Shown: positions 36,001-47,921 of the stretch, piece by piece
Position numbering within the stretch: the first letter of the stretch is position 1
How the letters are laid out: each line of letters begins with the position of its first letter
Assembly (NCBI GenBank): GCA_000934665.2
Contig: KZ538459.1
Location: 1 to 64,000, forward strand
Source: Catajapyx aquilonaris
Taxonomy: Eukaryota
Reading direction: 5' to 3'
Length of the DNA: 64,000 bases
Notes under the pieces: model-generated
What the model saw: only the letters and a program-made list of their open reading frames with translations
Told to the model about the DNA's origin: nothing
Databases searched by the model: none
Program-made: the position numbers and the translations under genes

Positions 36001-39000
36001 ACTATGGGGCTCCAATTCTTTTGGCCACTTTATCCTGGTCTTGAAGCAACCCTTCGCACAGGTCCCACGGTGAGGAAGTGTATGGGTGTAAAGCGTTGCT
36101 TCAAGACCAGGATAAGTGGCCACAAGAATTGGAGCCCCATAGTACTGTACGTCTCCTAGTTGGTTCAAAAATTAAGGCAGTTTTAAATTCAGTTATGTAG
36201 CACATTTTTCGCTCACACTCCTGGCTCACTTTTTTATGTCACATAATAACTGAAATGTTTTGAAATAACTGTGATGCCAACATGCCACGGCATTAAGGGA
36301 TGTCATATCAACTGACAGAAATTTCTAGAGTCAACGTTTGTTCTGGCCCGTGATATTAATCCTATAATGCATCCAAAGGTCATTCTTTTGGCTCCCAAAC
36401 TCCTGGCAATAATATTAAATAATAATAATATTTTAACAAAATTATCGTTCTTGAACAAGATGCGACTCAAAAAATTGGCCATCATCAACTAGTGTCTGAA
36501 AAATTAATATTAAAATTCCGGAAGCTTTTTAGTGTCTGCTGTGGCCATTTCAAGGCCAAAAAATTGCAAATTCTCGAATTTTGAGCCCAGGTTTTCACTA
36601 CAACTTAGGGGGCGGATATTTAAAAACTGAGTTTCACTTTTTGATCTAATAATATCATGAGGACCAACGTCCAATAAAAATTATTGCAGTTAGCTGCAAA
36701 ATCAATCCTGGAAGGTTTCCACTACTTTAGAATATGAGAGTCCCTCTATATTTTTCCCAGTTTGTGACCACATATAGAGTAAGTGTGAACTTTTCACTCC
36801 TACTTTTTAAAACAAGTTTTGAAATTCCGTCATTTTTGCTTTGAAAATGGTAAGTTTTTGGAGAATCACCCATTAGCGCTATTTAAAACTATAGAAGAGT
36901 GTTACGTAGATTAAAGCGACACATAATTCTAGAGTATGTAGCCGCTTTTAATTGATTGTTAACCGATTGCAGGTATATCTTAATCCCATGGTTGCGATCA
37001 TGTTCACCTTGGACTTCATGCTGATCACTCTCAACGTACGTGGAGTTTCATGATCTATTTGGTATTGAAATAGGCACCTCCACGTGTCACTAATGTGGTG
37101 AATTTTTTTTCTCAGGTTTATGCATTACTGTGCGTCGTGTCACAGTACCAGGAGTATCTTGCTGGGAGAGGTACGGCAGCACACGAGCTCGGGTCCAAAA
37201 GAGTAAGTTTTCTATATTGTAATGTATAGTGTTCTTAAAATCCTGATAAGATCAGCGGAGGTATTTCTTCACACACTCCCTGCCCCCTCCCCTAGTCTAT
37301 AGACTACATGGAGGGAGACGGAGGAGGGGGTGGATGGGAGGGGGAACGATACTATACGAAGATCGAGGCAACGCCCTTGGTACCGTACACTATAGGCCTA
37401 TTATCGATTTAGGGCAAACCTCTGATGAGAATAGCCTGCTAGTATTTAATTAAACTTACGTCAGTCTTTGTCAGTGCAATAATACTCGTCCAGGACTGAC
37501 GGTATAATTCGCAAACAGTCTTTGATCGTGCCTTCCTGGCCTAGAACAAATAATACCTTATATATAATCAACTTGGCGGAAATTGGATTATCATGAAGAA
37601 TGTTGCTCGGTCAGTCTATGTAGATCTGTGCGGTAATAATATAATAATTGACTAATTTGCCATTGAAGAGAGGTATTGTTAGTTTGTTCTCAACTGTGTG
37701 TACTACATAAAGGATTTGTGCAAAAATTTTCACCTGAATTATATCTTTTGGATTACTGCGCCACATGCTATGATGACAAAGCGATGCTCAAATAATGAGA
37801 CACTGATTGTGATAGAAGTGTTAGTCCTTCTGTGCAGTGACAATAGCGTTTGAGTTACAGCCTGTCACTCTGAACTGCATTCGTACTCATCACTGGTATT
37901 GTAAACTTCGGGCCATTTGGGACTGGGCGGAAAATTGGAGCCGAGTCGATACTGACTGACCCCTGAAAAGGTTATACGGAGTACCCGTATAACAACAACA
38001 CTCGAAGTGCAGTTCCTTGGCATGGACATCACAGCGAGGGGTTATTCACTTGCTGTTAGGGTACAGTAGTCTACTGTACTGTTTGTACAGTATACATACT
38101 ACATGTCCGAGGGTATCGTCAGGGGCTATATATAGTCCGAACAAGGACAGGGCTCTCTCTATAGTCTCTACTGGGGGATGGTCAAAGAGTAAGACTGGTT
38201 TCATGCTGTTAATATTATTGGTGCTTAAGTACCCACACCAGACGTGCACAGCCAAGCAATATTGATGACAGTGAGACATGGGATGTATCAATAAAATAAT
38301 CCAGCTTATTATAGCATAAATGTGAGTATAATTTGTTTAATTATGCTAGTCCTCTTGTACAGCATCAGGAACGTGTTTGGGGAATAATGTATTGTACAGT
38401 ACAAGGTATAACCTTATGACGCCACATTAAAACCTTCCTTTTCACTGCGGTAAGGAAATGATTTTAGTATTGAAAGTGTAAGTATTTTTCCATTTAAAAG
38501 ACGCAAGTGGCCTATTTGTGACCCCATGTCTAGAATCAGGCCATTACATTTGGTTATGTCATAATCATAATTCATAAATGAATCTTGCAAGGTATGATTG
38601 TTGTAAGGTTTACTCATTACTATCTTTAAACACTTCCGGACTGGCTCTACTGACCTGAGATATGCATTGCATTATTACAATATCCACATAAAATGAATTC
38701 AGCGATTAGAAAACATTAAAAAATTAGAGTAAAATAATAACCTCTCGCATCATGATTCTTCTCACTTCAGGCGCAAAATTGAACATGTGCAGTCCACATT
38801 TTTTATTCGAGTTACACAATTGAACTGTGTTGTTTATTCACTTTGGTGGGCGATTTCATTAACAATTTTATCGACTCAATAGCATGGGAATTGACGCATA
38901 AGTCGGGGTTGCTAGTCTCATTAGTGCGTAATTACGGAGCCAAATGGAATATAATTAGGCGGCAAATTCTGTTAATAATGATGGCGTATGTTCCAGACTG

Positions 39001-39776
39001 CCTCTGTGAAATATTCGAGGGCTTCCGGTGCCAGTGGCCGTGGGGGCGGCGGAAGCGGCGGAGCAGACGGAGGAGCCACTGGTAGCGGAGGCAACGGAGG
39101 CGCTGGGGGCGGCTCCGGGGCAAGTGCAGGGGCAGCTGGTAACGCGGGTGGGAGGGGCACTGCTGGTCGGAGATCAGTCACATTTCAAACTACAGACGGT
39201 GGAGGAGGCGACGAGGACGACGAGGACGAGGACGACATGGTTGCACGTGCTGGGGCCATGGGCAGGAGGTTTTCGACACCTCGGCGCTCGTTGCAGCTAG
39301 ACGAAGCCACAAACGAAACTACACTGGACATGACCTCCGAGGGCAACATGGAGGACTCAGGATTTACGGCCTCACCACCTACAACCAGCTTCTCCTCAGG
39401 TCGTGTCACCATCACCAGAGTCGGCCTCACTGGTACAACATTATGTTGACATTACAATTAGAGCACCCCTACACATAAAAATGTTTCTTTATGCCATGTA
39501 GAGATGGAAGAAGATTTTGATCAGACAAAAAGTGGAGCTCGCAGCAAATATGGGTCCAAGAAGAGCGAACTGCTTCAGGGAAGAAAGGAAGGAGACGATG
39601 ACGAGAAGGAAGACAAAGGCAGGGTAATGGCCGATGAAACGAGTCGCCTTACGTCGTCGGCTGTTATGGGCGACGAATGCGAGACAGCACCTCTGCTGTC
39701 GTCATCCCTAGACGATTCCGTCGTAATCATCAGTACAGCCTTTGATCCGGTGCAGAGCAAGCATCAACTACTGTAG
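30071..39776 (+). CDS. Four-TM membrane protein (DUF4728 / LAPTM-like) with a long cytosolic tail, ~408-419 aa
   Basis: Exons 30071-30145, 32067-32208, 32269-32450 (GC donor), 36973-37035, 37116-37202, 38997-39399 (or 39432) and 39502-39776. Hallmarks MALMHSCCCWRSLRKGSFASAIYTL, LLLYGLRKERRQLLIPW and VYALLCVVSQYQEY; ExxxLL motif ETAPLL. Confidence 0.85.
33185..33429. mobile_element. hAT/Charlie-type MITE
   Basis: CAGTGGTTCCCAACCT...AGGTTGGGAACGACTG; TSD GCCTGGAG/GCCTGCAG. Confidence 0.85.
33657..34796 (-). mobile_element. Degenerate Tc1/mariner-superfamily element
   Basis: Imperfect TIRs TA|CAGGGTGTGTAAAA...TTTTCCCACGCTCTG|TA; weak transposase-like remnant DFDLSLWDYL on the minus strand. Confidence 0.6.
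35076..36870 (+). mobile_element. Sola2-like non-autonomous element, copy 1, with nested insertions
   Basis: 24-bp TIR GGGTGATTCTCC(G/A)AAAACTTACCA; 4-bp flanks ATTC/ATTA; interior matches 42071-43180 inverted; extra inserts at ~35105-35590 and a hairpin at ~35999-36145. Confidence 0.8.
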
Positions 39777-41730
39777 TATCAACGATACCCCCCCCCCCCC
39801 CCCNCCAAAAATCAAACTTGCCACTCACTCATGCCATTGTCTCCCGCATTATTCTAGTCACAATCAACAGTCGTCCATATGTACTGTACAGTACTTTCTG
39901 TAAGTAGGCCTAACAGTGCAACGCACACACACTGTAGGTTGAGGCCAGCCGTACACCATCATTGATTGTATTACTACACCTGATGCTGACGTATAAAGAC
40001 AGCCTATACGTTATGCAATCTACACGAACAAGAAATACTTTGATGCATTTTGTAATTACCAGCCATGATAAAAATATTTTGATTTACTGGGAAACTTGTT
40101 TTATCAACGTTTCTCTCGCAATCTTTGTACAACTTGTGGTTGGCCTATAAATCTCGCACTATTGAAAACGGATTCAATCGTTATGGAGCACTGATCAAGA
40201 CACTGTTAGATGGTCTTTTATGGAGAATCTTGGTATAATATTATTAAACCTGTAATATACTTTCATCTTTGAACGGAAGCGACTTTGAGTAAAAAATGAT
40301 GCCATCAAGTAACTGAAGAATGGAACTGGAAATTGCCGTAAGTTACATTGGAAAGGAAGTAGTCTATCAGCTCTTATTTTGCCCTTAACCTTCCCGTATG
40401 CGTATATGGCATAAGGATCCGTCGCTGATGCGCCAAACTCGGATGGTTAGATAGGCCTACGAAGCTAAAGCAAACCTGAACCAGCAGGATCGACAAAACC
40501 AATATTTGAAAAACAAAATGTGTAATTTTTTTGCTGAAACCGGCACGGTGAAACATGTCATCGAAAATACTATTCGAAAATACGATCCAAGGGCAACACT
40601 GTTCACCATTGTCGCCAATTCAAGGGAATAACACAGGTATAGCCCTTCAATAACTTCAACTGTAAAATAATATATTATAAACTTACCCAACATGTTGCAC
40701 ATCATTTCACAACTCGTGACGATTGCTTGTCTTTTTACGTATTATGCACGCCACATGAGGCCATGTACCGTCCGCAAATTATTCAATGTGAATAATAACA
40801 TTATAAAAGTCGTTTTGACAACGTTTGTTGGACTACGCTTTCGTATCGGGAGACCCAGCACTTTACCTACTCTCCTATAGGCGTGTATCTGCTGAAGGAT
40901 AGGCGTGTCCGCCGGGAAGGAAGGTTAGGTCATGAGGTAGGTTGGTGCAGCGTCCCCCTACCCCTGCCACATTCGGTCTCCCATTACGAAAGTCCTTCCG
41001 GTTTATTGTACACGTATGAGATATGTAGAGAGAGTGAAGACCATGAGACATGGAAAAATGATGAAAGGGTGGGATAATCATCTATCTATAACCTTTACAA
41101 TCATGTACAGTATACAAGTACATAATCCGTCTCCTATGGAGAGTAGGGGGAAACCGTAGAATCTCGAGAAAAATAGCAAGCTCGGAGAGAGCCCTCTGGG
41201 AAACTCTTCATCGTCTTCATCATTATGTCGGTAATGATTTCCACGCGCCGTGGAATCGGAAACCGACTTATGTTATACGAAGAACTGATTGGGTGGGTGG
41301 GGACCATGCAAACTCATGCTACTCCATGTTTGACTGTGAAATAGCATTCGTGACACGTGTGTGTGTGTACGTGACGAGAGTTTAGATTCGCCATTTTCAG
41401 CACATACCTTCCAAGTTTGGCGCACCTACAATGAATACAGACAATGCAGGCGTATAGGAAGACACATGGCAAAATAGTGTAAGCGACACTTCATTTTCTA
41501 TGCGATTCAAATAGTTCCAGGGTTCAATTATAAACCTCGAGACTGAAGTGCCATTTGAGAGTGGAATTTAAATGGGTAGTGTGTAGAGATTTTAACTATG
41601 TACAGTACCGTAATTGTAAGGCGGATGTCAACTGTTGTTACTAATTGAAATACGTGATTAATAAAGGAGATGTCTATTTTGACCTCATCTTGCTTATGTT
41701 GGACAAATGAAATTGCCTACCACATACCAA

Positions 41731-41822
41731 AATGTATTTCCATCAGTTTTCTTTTCAAAAATTCTCTAGGGTTAGGCTCAACCCTAGAGAATTTTTGAAA
41801 AGAAAACTGATGGAAATACATT
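41731..41822. repeat. Perfect 43-bp inverted repeat with a 6-nt loop
   Basis: AATGTATTTCC...CTAGGGTT-AGGCTC-AACCCTAG...GGAAATACATT, no mismatches. Confidence 0.95.
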
Positions 41823-42070
41823 ACCCAAGAGATGATATGAAACGAGTTTCAGAATTCTGAAGAAATGCGCACTGGACGTGTACGAGTATAAGGTATCCGT
41901 ATGGCGCCTGGGACATAGGCAACATTTCGCCGAGAATTTTTTCACACAGAGGTACAGACCAGTTACACAAATGTTATGATACTTATGATCTTGTTTTATG
42001 TCTGATTGTGAGTGTCGTACTGAATGAGGGGCTCTTTTAGCAGGGTGAGTAACAATGATTACGACGTTCT

Positions 42071-43180
42071 GGGTGATTCTCCAAAAACTTACCATTTTCA
42101 AAGCAAGAATTAATGAATTTCAAAACTTGTTTTAAAAATCTGGAAAAATTCTCACTTACTCTATATGAGGTCACAAATCAGGGAAAAATATGGAGAACTA
42201 ATTCTGATATTCTAATGCCAGGAGAGTGAATATTTCCAGGAGTTCGGGAGCCAGAAGAATGACCTATGCATGCAATAGGATTAATATCACGGTCCAGAAC
42301 AAACGTTGTCTATGGAGATTTCGGTGGGTTCAAGAAGACCCCTCATTCCATGGAATCACAGTTATTTCAAAACATTTAAGCTATTATGTGACATAGAAAA
42401 ATGAGCCAGGAGTGTGAACTTTTAATTTCCGGGAGAAAAATGACCTTTGGATGCATTAGGATTAATATCACGGTCAAGAACAAACGATGACTCTGGACAT
42501 TTCTGTGGGTTCAAGAAGACCCTTCATGCCATGGAATCAGAGTTATTTCAAAACATTTAAACTATTTTGTGACATAAAAAATGAGCCAGGAGTGTGAACT
42601 TTTTATTTCCGGGAGTTTGGGAGCCAGAAGAATGGCCTTTGGATGGATTAGGATTAATATCACGATCCAGAACAAACGTTGACTCTGGAAATTTCTGTGG
42701 GTTCAAGAAGACCCTTCATGCCATGGAATCACGCAGTTATTTCAAAAATTTTAAGCTATTTTGTGACATAGAAAAATGAGCCAGGAGTGTGAACTTTTTA
42801 TTTCCGGGAAAACTCGGGACACACTTTGGAGTGATGCAGCAAGGTCATGTCAAATGAATAAATCGTTTTAAAAATGTTGTTTTATACCTGCAACTATGTA
42901 GAATTTAATTATAGTACTGAAACTTGTCTAATGTTAATAATAAAATTGTAAAAAAATATAGCATGCTTTAAAATGAGGTAGGGACATGACAAGAATAGTG
43001 ATTTTAGGCCCTTTGACATTTTTTGCAGTAAAACTTAATTTAATATTTTTCTTTGTTTTCATGGGGATGGCTAGGTGTCAACTGCTTCTCCAAATGTTTA
43101 AAAAATCAACTCTCTCAGTCAAGCCATTTTTGAGTTATTATGCCGGGGCATGGTATTGGTAAGTTTTTGGAGAATCACCC
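42071..43180 (-). mobile_element. Sola2-like non-autonomous element, copy 2, with an internal ~185-bp tandem triplication
   Basis: Perfect TIR GGGTGATTCTCCAAAAACTTACCA; exact 4-bp TSD TTCT; three diverged units at ~42235-42810. Confidence 0.85.
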
Positions 43181-44485
43181 TTCTACGATACTTACAGTTT
43201 ATGTCTTTGCTCTGAGCAGGCTCATTACCGAGAAAATGGGCCTCTCAACATAGCTAGATGAAATATCCTGGCAGGTATGCGACCTTCCACACACGACCTT
43301 GCCTTTTCCTGTTGTAAGGGACGTGTTACTGTACCATGCCCTTAATTTAAGCTGCGAGCACGTTTAGGCGCAGTAAATAAGCAGAGAGATTATGGAAGGG
43401 TCAGAGAATAACACTATACAAGAGTACATAATATTTCTTTTTTTAATAATTAACAAGGCTGCGAAAACCAAATGACATTCCTAACACTCCCTGGTTTCCA
43501 GTAACTCATCCCGTAGGAGTTTGTCGAAATCGTTATAAAACACATGCCGAAGGTAATTCTATCGTCACAGAGTACTGTAGTTAAACATGATGAATCAGAA
43601 CTCCCGGATTGTTTGCACGAGTGGGAATAAACCAAATTAATTATGGCTCTCTTGCTAATTCTAAGTGGCACATATCTGTAGGGGAATTCAAACAAGTCGA
43701 ATTTTACTCGTACCACATTGCGGGAATGATATTGTGGGCCATCTGGTAAAATGTCATGTCCTTAATAAGGGCGTTTTTCTCAATTCAATTCACTTCGTGG
43801 AAGGCATTGCGTGTAGGCAGGCAAACCGTAAAACTGTAAACATACGAACTCGAGATGCGTAGGTATACGCAGTGTAGTAGTGGGAGCCTTTGAGGCCGTA
43901 AGTGGGCCACAACTCTACCCACGCTCGATCTGACGAGTGTTGATGGCACTCTTGCTCATTGTATCGATACAATGGGGTAGATATTTCCTGAATATTATAT
44001 CGATATATTTACTTGTTGATCGTTAGGATGGTTTCAGTTTCAAATGATCACATTGGACAAACTAAGGACACGAGTGTGTGATGTTCATCAGTAGCCTACG
44101 TCATGGTCGTTTACGTGATGGAACTTTCCTAAAATCAGTTTCTTTTTGGAGCAGCGTAAATGATGTTAATGAATATACTTGAATGTTCACTTCTTGATTA
44201 AAGGCACATGCAATGAAACAACATTGTTACACCATCAGAAAACACAGTGGTGAATGCAGGGGGCAGGGGGGCCCACCCGAAATGTTTGAAATAGCATTAG
44301 AAATTACTAATTCATGATTTTTTGGGGCAAAAGTGCTACAAATTTAATCAAATACACATCCATTCAGATCTCCCACATTCACCTAAGCTCGTGTGACCTT
44401 GAACCCCCCCCCCCATTTGCGCCTGCGGCGGGCTTGCTCCTCCCCCTTTACTGCTTGTTCACCTATTGCTTATGAAATGGGGTCC

Positions 44486-45013
<528 letters not shown>

Positions 45014-45049
45014 ATACGCCACTGCAACTTTTCCCCCGTTTGAATTGCG

Positions 45050-45351
45050 CGGAGTTAATCGATTTCAATGTACCCCGATAATATCGATACTATTGTCTGC
45101 TGCTGGCAACCGAGCAGGCAAAAAAGGAAGTGTGCACGGGAGAGTGGAGGAGGTGGACTGGATGAAGGTGGAGGAGGCAGGGACCAGGGAGGAGCAGAGA
45201 AGGGGCGGGGGGAAACCCGAAAGGAGGACGGTGAGCAAGTGAGTGCGGGCGAAGGACGCACGTCGGGAGAGGATCCTAACGTAGGGCGCGGTCCAGGCAC
45301 CCCCTGGTACACACTTCTTGTGCACCAAGTCAATCAGGGAACAATCATCAG
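45050..45351 (+). promoter_or_regulatory. Probable ILK promoter and non-coding first exon
   Basis: DRE TATCGATA at 45082-45089, then a GC-rich segment ending in donor CATCAG|GTATT at ~45351; an acceptor at ~47909 precedes the ATG. Confidence 0.6.
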
Positions 45352-46844
45352 GTATTATTGTGGCTTGTGGTGACGTGTTGAGAGTGTCTATTAGGTAATA
45401 GCTACTGTAGACTCGCTTTAACTGATATCAGACAATGTCATAGCTTGGCAGGCAGTATGACTATCATGACACTTGTGACAAGAGCATATATTGAGGTGTG
45501 GCTCATCCTGTGTATGCTTAGTTGATAATTATGTACTTAAAACATTATTGTACCTAATGTTTTAATGTTTTAAATAGCGTATGTGCAGTATTGTATGAAG
45601 AAGCTGTGGATTGTTGTTGCAGGTGTTTGCCATTTATGCAAAATAGAGTCAAGTGGTACTATTTTAAATTTTTGTATGCAAGTTAGGCTAGATTCAATTA
45701 GTACATGTCGCAACTTTGATCATGGATAAAATGTCTATTGGCCAATGACATTTTGAGTAAGGCTATGGCCTTCAGGATGGGATTGAGTAATTTTGATTAG
45801 TGTCAAGGAATTCACAATTGTCTTGTGGGTGCTTACAGCTCATTCAGGAATCTAATTATATATATGAGCAATTATTACTGCTCAACAGCTGCTGCCAGGA
45901 TGAGGTCATGAGATTTGCCATGTTCACAGTTTCAGTATAGGAAAGCCCGTCTTGCTTAAGGGTGTTAAGAAAAATGTGGCATTGCCTAATAAAACTTGCA
46001 CATTGTACATCATCTTAGGTGTTATGAGCCTTTCTGCTTGACTTATGCCTAGAATGAATTCCCATCTTGATAATGCAGTTCCTGTCAGTTGAATGGCGAT
46101 GGTGTACACTGGATTGTTATGTGTTCAAATTTCAAACCTTTCAATATAAATGACAAATTCATTCAGGAACTGGAAACTTTCACTGTGGAAAAAAAATTGC
46201 CCAATTTTATTTCAGGGCTTCCCACATTTTATCATTTCAATTCCTGTACGGTTTCCTTATATTTTCAACAAAATACTTGGTTTACAAGTACCATCTAGTT
46301 TTGATGTACAGAATCTGGAATGCCACATTAATGAGTTTGGTAAACTAACAGACAGCTACAATGATAAGGAATATTGGAGGAAGTATTAATTACCCAGTTC
46401 CATGTTACAGTATGTTAGGTGTACAGATTTAGTGTTATTCAGTAAAAGTCACTCTTCCAGTTGCAGAGTGAGAAGTAATTTTCGTTAGCGTCAGTCATGT
46501 GTAATATAATTGTGTTATATGAATTATGCGCACTTGTGTATGATTTGCCTATGTTTGACTTAAAAATTTTGATTAGATTTTGCATTTGAAGGTGCTTTTA
46601 AGTTATTTCATTAGAGTATGCTTCAGACGCACACAGCAGCAAATGTGCAAAAAGCATGATTATCTACTCATTCGGCCAGTGATCTTCAAGTGGCCACAAA
46701 AATTAAAATGGTTTCCTTTGAGTCTTGCGGGCCACTGACATGTGCTTTCATAATTCCAGTAGCAGTTGGCCCTGTTTTTTATTCCTTCATAAGTGGTCCC
46801 AGGTCAAAGAGTTGGATAGCCATTGCTCTAGGAATAATCGAGTA

Positions 46845-47164
46845 CACTGTAATCTCGATTATCTGGGCTAATGGTTGCACGGGTGTCGCCGGATAATTGG
46901 AAAACACGGATAATCAGAAAATGGTCGTAGATACCGGAAAATGAGCTATTCACAGGTTTTAAATGAACAACTGTACATTCTGTATTCTGCTTTCAATAAG
47001 ATTTAATCATAATTAGAAAAATTTCCTGAGATTTTCAGTTTGTCTTCTGGAAAGAGTCTGTTATATTTCTTGGTTTGCCAAAAAAAATTCGACATTTTTT
47101 CTGACTTTTCTTTGTGTTAGCCATGCACGGATAATCCAAAACACGGATAAGCGGGAGTACAGCG
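46845..47164. mobile_element. Tigger/pogo-type MITE
   Basis: TA|CACTGTAATCTCGATTATC...GATAAGCGGGAGTACAGCG|TA with repeated CGGATAA motifs. Confidence 0.65.
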
Positions 47165-47921
47165 TACTAAAATAAATTCTTGTCCATTCAGTAGTGTAAC
47201 TTGGTTGCATTTTTTCATAGATCTAATAATGTTTGTATTTTTTGGAAATGGGTATATGATTTTGTTGCAATAAAAGGTTATGAATGGAGACTAGCAGTAC
47301 GGTAACAGAAGCTAGGTTTGGTGGGGGTGGTGAGGAGGAAATGGGTAAGGGTAATTCAGAGCCCGCCAGGAAGAGTAGAAACAGGGCTACGCACATTTAT
47401 TTTTGACCCTTTTCCCACCCCACCCATCCACCCACACTTGCTTGCACTCCCCCCCCCCCCCNNNNNNACACACACCCTGCTGAAAGTCTTAAATAAAAAG
47501 TAATGTAAACTTGTTCCCATCAGTTACGAGGAGAAATGACATTTACTGAAATGTTTGCTATTAGAAATAGCTAGAAATCCAAATTAATAGTATGTTTTTT
47601 TTTGGAAATGTTTTAGTATGACTTGCAGGTCAGTAAATGATAATTTTCTTCAGGCTAGAATGCGATATTGTTACTTACAGTAGCTTGGATTGCAGCATTT
47701 GATGGCTAATAGTTTGACCAAGGATTTAAAATGTTCGAGTACTGTACTGCCAACCCATCTAATTGGCTTACCTTTTAATCAGCCATCTGAAAATAGCTGT
47801 GAACCATTTCCTTGCCTAATCAGCTTCTAGCGGCACCATGTCACTTCCTCATTGCACCCAGTTGGTCTAGTGAAGTGAACAGTAATGGAAGTGAACTTCA
47901 TTGTTTCAGGGTGAATCAACA

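Noticed and set aside
37420..37460. Hammerhead ribozyme core (CTGATGA); similar hits at ~9912 and ~43930
   Set aside because: No correctly placed GAAA or supporting stems.
42235..42810. CRISPR-like array
   Set aside because: Long tandem units without unique spacers, inside a eukaryotic transposon; no cas genes.
45900..46400. Possible LINE reverse-transcriptase remnant (INDKFIQELETF...KILGL)
   Set aside because: Only weak motif resemblance, with frameshifts; cannot be supported without a search.
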